A stretch of 64,000 nucleotides of DNA from an uncultured delta proteobacterium (GCA_963727485.1 CAVSGM010000002.1:1728001-1792000); one strand, 5' to 3'; counted from the stretch's first letter, positions 48,653 to 59,024 are shown. The notes: generated by a model from the sequence alone, not told the origin. A program made the numbers and translations.

Positions 48653-49381
48653 ATGGGTGTGACCTCGCCGACCCCACCCCAGCCCCAGGGGCGCATCGAG
48701 GGGGCCCGCGTCGCGGACCGGGCCCTGCATCCCCTGCCGCCCCCGGAGCCGGCGCCGCACCTGGTGCCCCGGGGGATCCTCGGCGCCTTCGCCGCCGCCG
48801 CCTGGGGGCTGCTCGGGACCGTCGCCACCCAGCGCCACATGAAGGTCCACGTGACCTCGGCGGTGATGGTGATGATCGTCGGGATGGCCCTGCCCCTCGA
48901 TCTCGCGTCCCGGACGGCGCTGCTCTTCGCGGTGGCCCTGGTGTTCTTCGCGGAGATCCTCAACACCGCCCTCGAGGCCTTCGTCGACCTCCACATCCGC
49001 GACTTCGCCGAGGCGGCGATGGTGGCCAAGGACGCCGCCGCCGCCGGGGTGCTGGTCCTGGCGCTGGCCACGGTGGCGGTCCTCGCCGACATCCTCTGGG
49101 TGCAGTGGGACGTGGTGGTCGCTTCGTCGGCGGCGGTGGAGCGGAGCCTCGCCTTCGGCCTGCCGCTGACCGCGGTGGCCATCGCCCTGCTCTTCGGGCC
49201 GGCGAAGGCGTGGCTGCGCGCCGGCCTCGGCGTCGCCGCGGTGGGCCTGGCCCTGCCGCTTTGGGCCCACAGCAGCGACCCGGTGTTCTCGGTGCTCCTG
49301 GGGGTGCTGCTGGCGCTGGCGGTCCTCGCCCGGGAGCGGCCCTTCAGCCCGCCGCCGTTGTCGTCGACGCCCGGCGGGTGA
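48653..49381 (+). CDS. dgkA: Prokaryotic diacylglycerol/undecaprenol kinase (DgkA) family with extra C-terminal TMs
   Basis: QRHMKVH, AEILNTALEAFVD, AKDAAAAGVL. Confidence 0.82.
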   Translation: MGVTSPTPPQPQGRIEGARVADRALHPLPPPEPAPHLVPRGILGAFAAAAWGLLGTVATQRHMKVHVTSAVMVMIVGMALPLDLASRTALLFAVALVFFAEILNTALEAFVDLHIRDFAEAAMVAKDAAAAGVLVLALATVAVLADILWVQWDVVVASSAAVERSLAFGLPLTAVAIALLFGPAKAWLRAGLGVAAVGLALPLWAHSSDPVFSVLLGVLLALAVLARERPFSPPPLSSTPGG

Positions 49382-51231
49382 AGCGCAGCACCGACACCGG
49401 CGCCTCGAAGCCCTTGGCCTCGACCTCCAGGGGCTCGGCGGACCAGCCCTCGGCCTCCAGGAGCGCCCCGTAGCCGGCGCGCTCGGCGGTCTCCCGGGCC
49501 ACGAGGATGTCCTCGCCGCGGCTGCGCGCCTGGACCCGGGCCGCGAGGTTGACGGTGGTCCCGAAGTAGTCGAGGCGGCCGTCGAGGTTCACGGCGATGC
49601 AGGGCCCGTCGGCGACCCCGATCTTCACCCGGATCCGGTCGTCGACCCCGAGCGCCGCGACGGTCCGGTCCACCGCCGCCTGGAGGCGCGCCGCCGCCTT
49701 CAGCGCCTGGTCGGCCCGGGGGAAGACGGCCATCACCGCGTCGCCGATGGTCTTCACCAGGGCCCCGCCCTCCTCGGCGATGACCTCCCGGAGCCCGTCG
49801 AAGTGGGTCCACACCAGGCGAAAGGCCCGGGCGTCGCCGATGCGCCGGTAGAGGGCGGTGGAGCCCACCACGTCGGTGAACAGGATGGTGGTCCGCTCCA
49901 CCGCCAGCTTCACCCCCGGGGCCAGCGCCTCGGTGGAGAAGAGGTCCCGGAAGTGCTGGGTGGCCACGAGCTCGCCGGCGGAGAGGGTGTCCTGGATCCA
50001 CTCGGTGGTCTCCAGGGTCACCAGCACCGGGGCGTCCCCGACGTTCTCGAGGGTCACGGACACCGGGGCGTCGGCGGCCAGCGCCAGGTCGTCCCCCACC
50101 TCCCCGAGGCGCAGGGACAGGGGATCCGCGGCGCCGTCGTCGGCCACGTCCACCCACCGGAAGCGATCCGAGGCCGAGTCCCGGAGGCGGTAGCGCCCCG
50201 GGGGCAGGCGCCAGGGGGCCTGGTGGTGCTCCCCGGCCTCGAGGCGGTGCTGGAAGAACACGTGGGGGTTGGAGCCGGGGCCCCCGAGGCAGAAGCGCGC
50301 GGTCTCCACCGCGCGGATCCCCGGGTGGGGGGCGAAGACCGCCTCGACGTTCCGGGAGAGGTCCACGTCGAAGTGGAGGTCGCAGGCGCTGCAGTAGGCC
50401 GACTCGCGGACGGCGTCGAGGCGCTCGAGGTTGGCGCGGTCGCCGCGGCAGTGGGGGCAGAGGACGTCCCAGCGCATGGTCACCAGGCCCGCCTCGGTGG
50501 CCGCGAGGAAGAGCTCGAGGACCTCCCGGCGCTCGGCCTCCCAGAGCCGCGCGTAGCGGTAGGGGCGCATGCGGAAGAGCTGCACCGGGTCCTCGGTGGA
50601 GAGCGCCTCGCCGAGGCGGGGCCAGTGGGGCGAGGGGTGGCGCTCGGCGGCCCGGGCGAGGCCCCGGTCGATCCGGGCGCGGGTGGCGGGATCCGCCGCC
50701 CGGGGGCCCCCGGGGGCGCCCGGAGATCGCCGCGGGGAGGCCGAGGATCTCCTCGGGGTCCCGGCCGGCGGCGAGGGCCGCGTCGAAGGCGGCGTAGGTC
50801 CCGGCGAGGCGACCCAGCTCGCCGTGACGGACCATCAGCGAGGCCACGATCCCGCCGAGGCCCCGGGGCTGGTAGGCGAGGCGCAGGGTGGCGGTGCAGC
50901 CGCCGTGGTCCCAGTCGCCCTCGGTGTCGGGCGTCAGGCGGACCTCCACCTCGAGCCAGGCGAGGGGCCCCCGGAGGAAGATCCGGCGCACCCCGTGGCA
51001 GTGGCCGTAGCTCCACTCGAAGGGCAGCTCCTCGTACTCGACCTCCATCGGCCCCAGGAGCTTCTGGGTGCCGAACCGCCGCGCCGGGCCGTGGGCCTGG
51101 GCCTCCTCGCGATAGGTCACCGGCGCCCGGCCGGCGAGGAGGTTGACCTGCTCGGTGTGGGCCACCAGCGGCCACACCCGGCGCACCGGGTGGTCGAAGT
51201 GGTGGCTGAAGCCTTCCTCGCGTGCACGCAT
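49344..51231 (-). CDS. Class III adenylate/guanylate cyclase with SRPBCC-like and DUF5939-like domains (frameshift(s) at about 50700-50745)
   Basis: N-terminal VWPL..YEELPFEW; CPHC..CSAC; catalytic ILFTDVVGST, VKTIGDAVMA, DYFGTTVNLAAR. Confidence 0.85.
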
Positions 51232-51325
51232 CCGCTGGTCCCCTCTTCAATCATACCCCGGCGCGAGTCACGGTGCGCCCGGTCGGTTGGGGTGGAGGTG
51301 TATGATCCCCAGGCCCCGTCCGCCC

Positions 51326-51790
51326 ATGAATCGCTTCGCCCAGCTCTTCGGGCTCGTCTTCGCCCTCATCGGTGCCGCCGCCGGCGTCCAGGGGACCCAC
51401 GCCCTGGTGCAGTCGCGCCGGGCCCGGTCCTGGCCGGCGGTGCGGGGGCACGTCACCTCGGCGCGCTTCCAGGACACCGCCGATTCGCACACCGCCACGC
51501 GCATCTACCACTACGCCTACGAGGTGGGGGGTCGGGCGTACTCCGGCGACCGCGAGCACTTCGGGGCCCGGATCGCCGCCAGCCGTGCGGTGCTGCGCTA
51601 CCGCGCGGGCGACTGGGTGAACGTCTTCTACGATCCCGCCGACCCGGCACACGCGGTCCTCCGACCCCGGTACCTGAAGCCGGCCCACCTCGAGCTCTTC
51701 GCGGCCGTGGCCTTCCTGGCCTTCGGGATCGGCGTCATCTGGGTGACCGGGCGGAAGGCCCGGGCGGCGGCCGAGGTTTCCCCGGGGTGA
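51326..51790 (+). CDS. DUF3592 family membrane protein
   Basis: TM-WPAVRG.V-YAYEVGG..Y-V.YDP.DP..A.L-TM; TGTATGAT -10-like element at about 51299-51306. Confidence 0.82.
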   Translation: MNRFAQLFGLVFALIGAAAGVQGTHALVQSRRARSWPAVRGHVTSARFQDTADSHTATRIYHYAYEVGGRAYSGDREHFGARIAASRAVLRYRAGDWVNVFYDPADPAHAVLRPRYLKPAHLELFAAVAFLAFGIGVIWVTGRKARAAAEVSPG

Positions 51791-52503
51791 GCAAGGGACC
51801 CAAGAAGGCGGCCGTGCCCAACACCCCCTTCGCCCAGGCGTTGGCGCGGCTGAAGGCCGAGGCGAAGGCCCAGGAGGCCGACGACACCCGGAGGGCCGCC
51901 GAGGCCAGGCAGGCGGCGGAGGCGAAGCGGGCGGCGGAGGCGGCGCGGCGGGCCGAGGCCGGGGACGCCGACGACGACGCGGCCCTCTTCCTCGCGGCGG
52001 TGGGCGAGGTGGCGCCGGTGCCCCGGGCGAAGGCCGAGCGCCAGGCCAAGGAGCTCCGGCGCGACGCCCGGATCGTCGAGGACGAGGACGCCGAGGTCCT
52101 GGCGGTGCTCTCGGATCTCGTCGCCGGCGACGGCACCCTCGACGTCGCCGACACCGACGAGTACATCGAGGGCCTCGCCCCCGGGGTCGACCGGCGGATC
52201 CTCGGGCGCCTGCGCCGGGGGGAGTTCTCGGTGCAGGCCCACCTCGACCTCCACGGGATGCTCCAGGACCCGGCGCGCCACGCGGTGCGCCGCTTCCTCG
52301 TCGACGCCCGCGCCCGGGGCCTGCGCTGCGTGCTGGTGATCCACGGCCGGGGCAAGAACTCCCGGGACAAGGAGCCGGTGCTCAAGAAGGCCCTGGTCCG
52401 GTGGCTCTCCCGGGGCGGCCTGGGCAAGCAGATCCTCGCGTTCTGCACCGCCCGGCCCACCGACGGCGGCGCCGGGGCGGTCTACGTGCTGCTGCGGCGA
52501 TGA
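51787..52503 (+). CDS. Smr/MutS2 C-terminal domain endonuclease
   Basis: GTGA overlap; LDLHG, VLVIHGRG.NS, GGAGAVYVLL. Confidence 0.92.
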   Translation: MSKGPKKAAVPNTPFAQALARLKAEAKAQEADDTRRAAEARQAAEAKRAAEAARRAEAGDADDDAALFLAAVGEVAPVPRAKAERQAKELRRDARIVEDEDAEVLAVLSDLVAGDGTLDVADTDEYIEGLAPGVDRRILGRLRRGEFSVQAHLDLHGMLQDPARHAVRRFLVDARARGLRCVLVIHGRGKNSRDKEPVLKKALVRWLSRGGLGKQILAFCTARPTDGGAGAVYVLLRR

Positions 52504-53081
52504 GGCTCGCCGACGCGACACTCCTGGTCCTCGCCGGCGGGGCGGGGCGGCGCCTCGGGCGCGGGGACAAGTGCCTCACGCCGGTGGCCGGGCGGCCGAT
52601 GATCGCCTGGGTCCTGGACCTGGCACCGCGCTTCGCCGCGACGTACCTGGTGGCTCCGCCCACCGCGGCGCGCGAGGCCCTGGGGGTGCCGCTTCTCGCC
52701 GACCGGGGGCCCGGGGGCGGCGCCCCGGCGGCGCTGGCCACGGGCCTGGAGGCGGTGGAGACCGGGTGGGCGGTGGCCCTCTCCTGCGACCTGCCCCTGG
52801 TGGACCTGGCGGTCGTCGAGGCGCTGGCCGCCGCCGCTGGCGACGCGGTGGACGCGGTGGTCCCCGAGGCCGGGGGCTTCGTGCATCCCCTCCACGCGGT
52901 CTACCGGGCGTCGGTGGCGGGCGTGGCGCGGCGGGTCGCCACCGACGGCGGGCGGCTGCGAGACGTCCTGGACCGGGTGCGCACCCGCCGCCTGGCCCTC
53001 GCGGACGCCGCCTCGGTGACCAACGTGAACACCCCCGCCGAGCTCGCCGCCGCCGAGGCCCTGCTGCGCCAGCGGCGCTGA
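52500..53081 (+). CDS. mobA: Molybdenum cofactor guanylyltransferase
   Basis: ATGA overlap; LAGG.GRRLG..DK, SCDLP, HPLHAVY, NVNTP.E. Confidence 0.85.
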   Translation: MRLADATLLVLAGGAGRRLGRGDKCLTPVAGRPMIAWVLDLAPRFAATYLVAPPTAAREALGVPLLADRGPGGGAPAALATGLEAVETGWAVALSCDLPLVDLAVVEALAAAAGDAVDAVVPEAGGFVHPLHAVYRASVAGVARRVATDGGRLRDVLDRVRTRRLALADAASVTNVNTPAELAAAEALLRQRR

Positions 53082-53143
53082 AGGCGCCGGCGCCTTCCGG
53101 GGTATGCTGTGGCGAGCGCCGGCCCCCGCCGGCCGGGGATCCC

Positions 53144-54433
53144 ATGGACTCGAGCCTCCAAGCCGCGCTGCGCGAGCGCGAGATGTCGGTCGAGCACGAG
53201 ATCAACCTGGTGCGCGCGGGCCTCCTCGCCATCGGCTACGCGATCAACATGATCGCCGCCGGGACCCGGGATCTGCTCCACGGCTCCTATCTTGGGTTCC
53301 TCGCGGTGGAGCTGGTGTTCCTGGTGGTCTACCTGATCGCCATCCACCGCCTCACCGCCGGGCCGCGCTACCGCCCCTGGGTCAAGTACGTGACCATCCT
53401 GGTCGACCTCGGCGTGCTGCTCTCGTTCTACCTGGAGATGATCCGCCCGGAGTTCGCCGGGAGGGCGAACCTGCCCTTCTTCCGGGGGACCTCGGTGGCC
53501 ATCGCGTCGATCCTGGTGATCGTCACCGCCGTGCGTCAGAGCCAGGCGGCCATCGCCTACACCACGATCCTGGGCACGGCGCTGGCGACCTACCTCGCCT
53601 GGCAGCCCGGGGAGGCGCGCGAGGCCCACTACTGGTGGCCGGCCCTGGTGGCCCTCTCCGGGGGGATCACCTGGTGGGTGTCGGTGAACCTGCGCTCCCT
53701 GGTGGTGACCCTCTGGCGTCGCCAGCGGCTCACCCGCTTCCTCCCCAAGGAGCTGGTGCAGCTCCTCGAGCATGACGACGTGGGGCTCCAGCTCGGCGGC
53801 CAGGGCGTCGAGGCGACCATCCTCATGGCGGACATCCGCGGCTTCACCCGCCTTTCGGAGCGCAAGCCCGCCGGCGAGATTGTCGAGCTGCTCAACGAGT
53901 ACTTCACCGCGATGTCGACGGTGATCCTCCGGCACGGCGGGATGATCGACAAGTACATCGGCGACGCGATCATGGCGGTGTTCGGGGCGCCGTTCCCCCG
54001 GCCCGACGATCCGCTCCGGGCCATCCGGGCCGCCCAGGAGATGCTCGAGACCCTCGAGGCCTTGAACGCCCGGTGGGCCGCCGAGGACCGCGAGCCCCTG
54101 GAGGTGGGCATCGCCCTGCACACCGGGGAGGTCATCGCCGGGAACATCGGCTCGACCCAGCGCATGGACTACACGGTGATCGGCGACACGGTGAACCTCA
54201 CCTCGCGCCTCGAGGGACTCAACAAGCGCTACGGCACCGCCCTCATCCTCAGCGAGCGGACCTGCGAGGCGGCCAGGCTCGGGGCGGCGGCGACGCTCCT
54301 CGACGAGACGAAGGTGCGGGGGCGCGCGGCGCCGATCCGGGTCTACACCCTGCGGCGGGGGGCGGGCGCGGAGGCGGAGGAGGCGGCGCCGGAGGGCGAC
54401 GCGACGCCCCGGGACGCCGAGGGAGCCGGCTGA
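53144..54433 (+). CDS. Membrane-bound class III adenylate cyclase (about 6 TM)
   Basis: ILMADIRGFT, IDKYIGDAIMAVFG, GNIGS..R.DYTVIGDTVN.TSRLE. Confidence 0.92.
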   Translation: MDSSLQAALREREMSVEHEINLVRAGLLAIGYAINMIAAGTRDLLHGSYLGFLAVELVFLVVYLIAIHRLTAGPRYRPWVKYVTILVDLGVLLSFYLEMIRPEFAGRANLPFFRGTSVAIASILVIVTAVRQSQAAIAYTTILGTALATYLAWQPGEAREAHYWWPALVALSGGITWWVSVNLRSLVVTLWRRQRLTRFLPKELVQLLEHDDVGLQLGGQGVEATILMADIRGFTRLSERKPAGEIVELLNEYFTAMSTVILRHGGMIDKYIGDAIMAVFGAPFPRPDDPLRAIRAAQEMLETLEALNARWAAEDREPLEVGIALHTGEVIAGNIGSTQRMDYTVIGDTVNLTSRLEGLNKRYGTALILSERTCEAARLGAAATLLDETKVRGRAAPIRVYTLRRGAGAEAEEAAPEGDATPRDAEGAG

Positions 54434-54536
54434 GGCGGCGTCCCCCCTGGACGGGAGGGCTCTCGCCGTCGGCCTCGCCCCGGGGGTCGACCCTGGGGTG
54501 ATATGCTCCCCCGCTGGTTCCTCACCGGAGTGCCCC

Positions 54537-56027
54537 ATGGAAGCGCCCACCGCCCGCCGCCCCCGCCCCTGGCGCCTCGCCACCCTCACCGCCCTCGCGG
54601 TCCTGGGCGCGGGCTGCGCGCCGGCGTCGAAGACCCCGCCGCCCGCGTCGCCCACGCCCGGCCTCACCCTGAGCGTCGCCCCGGACGCGCCCGAGCTCGA
54701 CGGGGTCGGATTCGAAGGTGCCCCTGGTGGTGCAGCTGGCCCCGACCCACGGCTTCCAGGGCACCGTCGCCCTGAGCCTCCGCGACGCCGACGGCAAGGC
54801 CTACGCCGGGCTGTCCCTGAGCCCGACGAGCGCCGGGGTGAAGGGGACCGAGCCCAACCTGGTCCAGGCCACCCTCACCCAGACCGGGCCGCTCGCCGTG
54901 GGGCCCAAGCCCGTCCGCCTCCAGGCGCGGGGCCCCACGGCGACCGCGTCGGCGCCGCTGGCCCTGGACGTGGTGGCGCCGCCGCCGCCGCCGGGCGCCG
55001 ACGCCGACTTCGCCTTCTCCGCGCCCACCTACCTCCAAGGGGACGTGGGCGGAACGATCCAGCTGGTCTACTCGGTGACGCCCCTCCGCGGGTTCCAGGG
55101 CAACGTCGCGATCACGGTGAGCGCGCCGAGGTCCTCCTCGGCCAGGGCGACGGCACCTTCGTCCCGGCGCCCCAGGCCTTCACCCTCCCCGAGACCCCGG
55201 CGGCCCTGGCCCTCGCCGACGTCGACGGCGACGGCCACCTCGACCTGGTCGTCGCCCTCGGCGCGGCCCAGGTGGTCCGGGTCTTCGCCGGCACCGGCAG
55301 CGCCGCCTTCGCCCCCACCGCCCACGACACCGCGCTCCACGGGCGCCCCACGGCGCTCTCGCTCGCCGACTTCGACAGCGACGGGCACCTGGATCTGGCC
55401 GTCGCCGAGACCGGGCCGAACCAGCACGAGCTGGGCTTCGGCGCGGGGGGCGCCCTGGGCTTCACCCTGGCGTCGAAGCCGGTGCGAGACTCGGACTACC
55501 CCGAGCTCGCCATCGCCGCCTTCGCCAACGGGACCCGGGGGGGGCATGTCGACGCCCTCCTCCAGCGATCGGCGACGACCTACGCCCTGTCCGAGGACGG
55601 GATCCAGGTGAACCGCGACGTCTCGTATGGCGGTACCGGGCTCCCGGCGCCGGGCGCGCCCGCATCCTGCTCGGTGCTCGAGGTCTCGGGGGGGCCGTTG
55701 CGGCTGGTGGCCCTGCCCGGCGAGGGGCGCCTCGATCGCTGGAACGGCGCAAACTACCCGACGTCCCTGCGCCTGGGCCCGAGCCCGGTGCGCGTGGCGG
55801 GGGCCGACCTCGACGGCGACGGGGTCGTGGACCTGGTGGGGGCCGACGCCGACGGCTCGCTGCAGGTCCGCCTCGGCGCCGGTGGGGCCCAGTGGTTGCC
55901 GGCGGTGGGGAGCCCGGGGACCACGACGCCGGTGGCCGTGGTCACCGGCGACGTCGGGGGCGACCCCCGGCCCGACGTCGTCCTGGTGGACGCCGACGGG
56001 ACGGTGCGGGCCATGATCACCCAGTAG
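54537..56027 (+). CDS. Lipoprotein with Ig-like and FG-GAP/VCBS repeats (frame breaks at about 54715 and 55125)
   Basis: Lipobox LGAGC; middle segment in ORF 54718 frame; ADVDGDGHLD, ADFDSDGHLD, ADLDGDGVVD. Confidence 0.72.
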   Translation: MEAPTARRPRPWRLATLTALAVLGAGCAPASKTPPPASPTPGLTLSVAPDAPELDGVGFEGAPGGAAGPDPRLPGHRRPEPPRRRRQGLRRAVPEPDERRGEGDRAQPGPGHPHPDRAARRGAQARPPPGAGPHGDRVGAAGPGRGGAAAAAGRRRRLRLLRAHLPPRGRGRNDPAGLLGDAPPRVPGQRRDHGERAEVLLGQGDGTFVPAPQAFTLPETPAALALADVDGDGHLDLVVALGAAQVVRVFAGTGSAAFAPTAHDTALHGRPTALSLADFDSDGHLDLAVAETGPNQHELGFGAGGALGFTLASKPVRDSDYPELAIAAFANGTRGGHVDALLQRSATTYALSEDGIQVNRDVSYGGTGLPAPGAPASCSVLEVSGGPLRLVALPGEGRLDRWNGANYPTSLRLGPSPVRVAGADLDGDGVVDLVGADADGSLQVRLGAGGAQWLPAVGSPGTTTPVAVVTGDVGGDPRPDVVLVDADGTVRAMITQ

Positions 56028-56051
56028 CCCGGGTCCGGGCCCGCCCGCCGC

Positions 56052-57362
56052 TCAGGCCACCGCCTCGCTCGCCGCCCGCTCCAGCCGGTACCAGTTGGCC
56101 CGGGCGCCGAGGCGCGCCAGCACGCTCATCAGGCCGAAGCGGATGCGCAGGAGGAAGAGCATCTCCCGGGGCAGGGCGAGGCGCAGCATCTCCTGCTTGC
56201 CCCTCGCCATCTCGCCCAGGGTCTTGGCGGCGCCGAGGTCCACCGCCTGCACCCGGTCCTCGAGCATGGGGCCGAGGAACGCCCGGAACAGGCGCCGCGC
56301 CGTCTGAAGCTCCTGCCGGCGCCGGCGGGGGAGCATGCCCAACCGATCGCAGGCGCGCTCCAGGGCCGCGCGGTCGTCGTCCTGCACCGCCCGGGTCAGC
56401 GCCGCGAGCGCCGGCACGAAGTCGCCCTCGAAGGCCCGGGTGCAGCCGTAGTCGAGCATGGCCAGGCGCGGGCCCGGCTGCACCACGTAGTTGCCCGGGT
56501 GGGGGTCGCAGTTGTAGAGCCCGTGGCGGAAGAGGGTGCCCACGTAGAACTCGAAGAGGGCGACGCCGAGGCGGTCGCGGTCGGCCCGGGGCGGATCCGT
56601 GTCCACGTAGCGCTCGAAGCCCTGGCCCTCGGCGAACGTCGTGGTCAGCACCCGGTGGCCCGAGAAGGCGTCGTGGACCGCGGGGACGGTGATCCTCGCG
56701 TCGCCGGCGAAGAGGGCGACGAAGCGCCGCTGCATCGCCGCCTCGTGGCGGTAGTCGCACTCCTCGAGGAGGCGGTCCCGCGCCTCGGCGATCATCCCCT
56801 CGACGCCGGCGCCGCGGTAGAGGAGCGTCGCCACCTTGGTGCCCACCGCCGCCGGGCGGAAGTCGGTGCGGACGGCCTGCTCGATGCCCGGGTAGCGCAC
56901 CTTCACCGCCACCGGCGTGCCGTCGGGGAGCGTCGCCCGGTGGACCTGGCCGATGGACGCCGCCGCCACCGGCTCGGGCGAGAGGGTGGCGAGGAGCGCG
57001 TCCGCCCGGTCGCCGAGGTCCTCGGTGACGATGCGCCTCACCTCGTCGGTGGGCATCGGCGGCGACCAGGTCTGGAGCAGCGCCAGCGCCTCGCGCACCT
57101 CCTCGGGGAGCGAGACGTCGATGTAGCTCATCAGCTGGCCGGCCTTCATGGCCACGCCCTTGAGCTCACCGACGCCCGTGAGGAGCCTGGCGAGGGCCTT
57201 GGGGTCGAGGTCGTCGCCGCGCAGGGAGAGGGCGCCGCGCAGGGCGGTCCCGGCGGTGCGGCGCAGGCGCGCGAAGGCGCCGGTGGGCACTTCGCCGGTG
57301 CCGGAGAGGAGCCGGGCCAGGAGCTCGGCGCGCCGGTCGTCCGCGTGCCCGTCGTCGGCCAT
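56052..57362 (-). CDS. ABC1/AarF/UbiB family atypical kinase
   Basis: LKGVAMKAGQ, AAASIGQVH, VAVKVRYPG, EECDY, DPHPGN, LDYG. Confidence 0.92.
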   Translation of the reverse strand: MADDGHADDRRAELLARLLSGTGEVPTGAFARLRRTAGTALRGALSLRGDDLDPKALARLLTGVGELKGVAMKAGQLMSYIDVSLPEEVREALALLQTWSPPMPTDEVRRIVTEDLGDRADALLATLSPEPVAAASIGQVHRATLPDGTPVAVKVRYPGIEQAVRTDFRPAAVGTKVATLLYRGAGVEGMIAEARDRLLEECDYRHEAAMQRRFVALFAGDARITVPAVHDAFSGHRVLTTTFAEGQGFERYVDTDPPRADRDRLGVALFEFYVGTLFRHGLYNCDPHPGNYVVQPGPRLAMLDYGCTRAFEGDFVPALAALTRAVQDDDRAALERACDRLGMLPRRRRQELQTARRLFRAFLGPMLEDRVQAVDLGAAKTLGEMARGKQEMLRLALPREMLFLLRIRFGLMSVLARLGARANWYRLERAASEAVA

Positions 57363-57373
57363 GGGCGCCAACG

Positions 57374-58897
57374 CTAGCCCTCGCGTGCCTCCGCCGCCAG
57401 CTCGGCCTCGACCGCGAGGCTCTCCCCGTCGCGGAAGATCGTCGCCACCGCCAGGAGCCTCTCGCCCTGGTAGAAGCGCGCCGCGTAGTCCATCGCCGCC
57501 GGGTCGCCCTGCTCGTCCACCCGGTCCCACCTCGGCGCGTGGCCCACGTAGGCGATCACCGCGTCGTAGTGCTGGCTCCAGAAGAAGGGCGGATCGGTGA
57601 ACGGCTCGGCGGCGCCGAGGAGGTTCCGGGCGGCGAGCTGGCCCTGGCGCTGGGCGACGACGAAGTGCTCGACGCGTACCCGCTCGCCGGTGCGCGGGTC
57701 CGGGTAGCGGCAGACGTCGCCGGCGGCGTAGATCCCCGGGACCTTCGTCTGGAGGTGGGCGTCGACCAGGATCCCGTCGTCGACCTCGAGGCCCGCGGTC
57801 TCGGCGAGGACCGTCCGCGGGGTGACCCCGAGGCCCACCACCACCAGGTCGGCGGCGAGGCGGGTGCCGTCGTCGAGGACCACCGCCTCGGGGTCGATCC
57901 GGTGCACCGTGCGCCCGAGGTGGAAGGTGACCCCGTGGGCCTCGTGGAGCCCGCGCACGAAGGCGCCGAGGCGCTCGCCCATCACCGGCGCCAGGGGGAC
58001 CGACGCCCGGTCGACCACCTCCACCGACAGGCCCCGGCGCCGCAGGGAGGCCGCGACCTCGAGGCCGATGAAGCCGGCGCCCACCACCACCGCGCGCCGG
58101 GCCCCGGCCTCCACCGCCGCCACCAACGCCGCGGCGTCGCCGAGATCCCGGAGGGTGTGGACGTGGGGGTGGTCGGCGCCGGGGACCGCGAGGCGCCTGG
58201 GGGCCGCCCCGGTGGCCAGGAGCAGGCCCCCGTAGCCGAGGGTGCTGCCGTCGGTGAGGCGCAGGCGCGAGGCGCGGGCCTCCACCGCGGCGACCCCGGT
58301 CTCCAGCCGCACGTCGATCCCGTGGTCCCGGTACCAGGTGGCGTCGCGCAGGGGGAGCCACGCCACCGGCACGGTCCCCGCGAGGAAGTCCTTGGAGAGG
58401 TTCGGGCAATCCACCGGCAGGGCCGGGTCCGCCGAGATCATCGTCACCGGCCCGGTGTAGCCCTCCCGGCGCAAGGTCTCCGCCGCCGCCTCCCCGGCGG
58501 GGCCGCCGCCGACGAGGACCACCGACGCCGGCTCCTTCGCCGGCCGGGGCGTCGGGCGGGAGACCGGGCGGCGCTCGGTGACCCGGACCCGGTCGCCCTC
58601 CCGGACCACCGCCCAGCACCCCAGGTCGTCCCGGGCCGGGGCCCCCACGGCGGCCCCGGTGGCCAGCTCGAAGCAGGCGTGGTGCCAGGGGCAGTGCACC
58701 CGCGTCCCGGCGAGGCGGCCCTCGGCGAGCGGCCCGTGGTAGTGGGTGCACAGGGCGTCGACGGCGTAGAAGGTGTCCCCCTGCCGCGCCAGGAGCACCG
58801 GGTCGTCGCCCACGTGCCCGGCGCGCATCGTCCCCTCCGGGATCTGTGCGACGCGTATGCCGCGCGCGAGATCCGGCCCCCGGTCTTCCGTTGCCAT
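57374..58897 (-). CDS. Rieske [2Fe-2S]-FAD/NAD(P) oxidoreductase fusion (AIFM3-like)
   Basis: CTHYHG..CPWHHA; VGGGPAG; LLATG; GAGFIG.E; AAGD; PFFWS. Confidence 0.92.
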   Translation of the reverse strand: MATEDRGPDLARGIRVAQIPEGTMRAGHVGDDPVLLARQGDTFYAVDALCTHYHGPLAEGRLAGTRVHCPWHHACFELATGAAVGAPARDDLGCWAVVREGDRVRVTERRPVSRPTPRPAKEPASVVLVGGGPAGEAAAETLRREGYTGPVTMISADPALPVDCPNLSKDFLAGTVPVAWLPLRDATWYRDHGIDVRLETGVAAVEARASRLRLTDGSTLGYGGLLLATGAAPRRLAVPGADHPHVHTLRDLGDAAALVAAVEAGARRAVVVGAGFIGLEVAASLRRRGLSVEVVDRASVPLAPVMGERLGAFVRGLHEAHGVTFHLGRTVHRIDPEAVVLDDGTRLAADLVVVGLGVTPRTVLAETAGLEVDDGILVDAHLQTKVPGIYAAGDVCRYPDPRTGERVRVEHFVVAQRQGQLAARNLLGAAEPFTDPPFFWSQHYDAVIAYVGHAPRWDRVDEQGDPAAMDYAARFYQGERLLAVATIFRDGESLAVEAELAAEAREG

Positions 58898-59024
58898 CTG
58901 GAGAGCCCCCGTGCCCCCGTGCGATCCACCATAGGCATCCCCGGCCCGCCGAGGCCATCCGGGATCACCCGGGGGCGCTGCTTGACACCCGGCGCCAGCC
59001 GTGGCGTCGTCGACCCCGAAGGGG

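Noticed and set aside
51787..54433. Smr nuclease plus cyclase as an anti-phage (Pycsar/CBASS-like) system
   Set aside because: The cyclase keeps adenine-specifying residues and a common 6-TM layout; no recognisable cNMP-binding effector or defence-island context.
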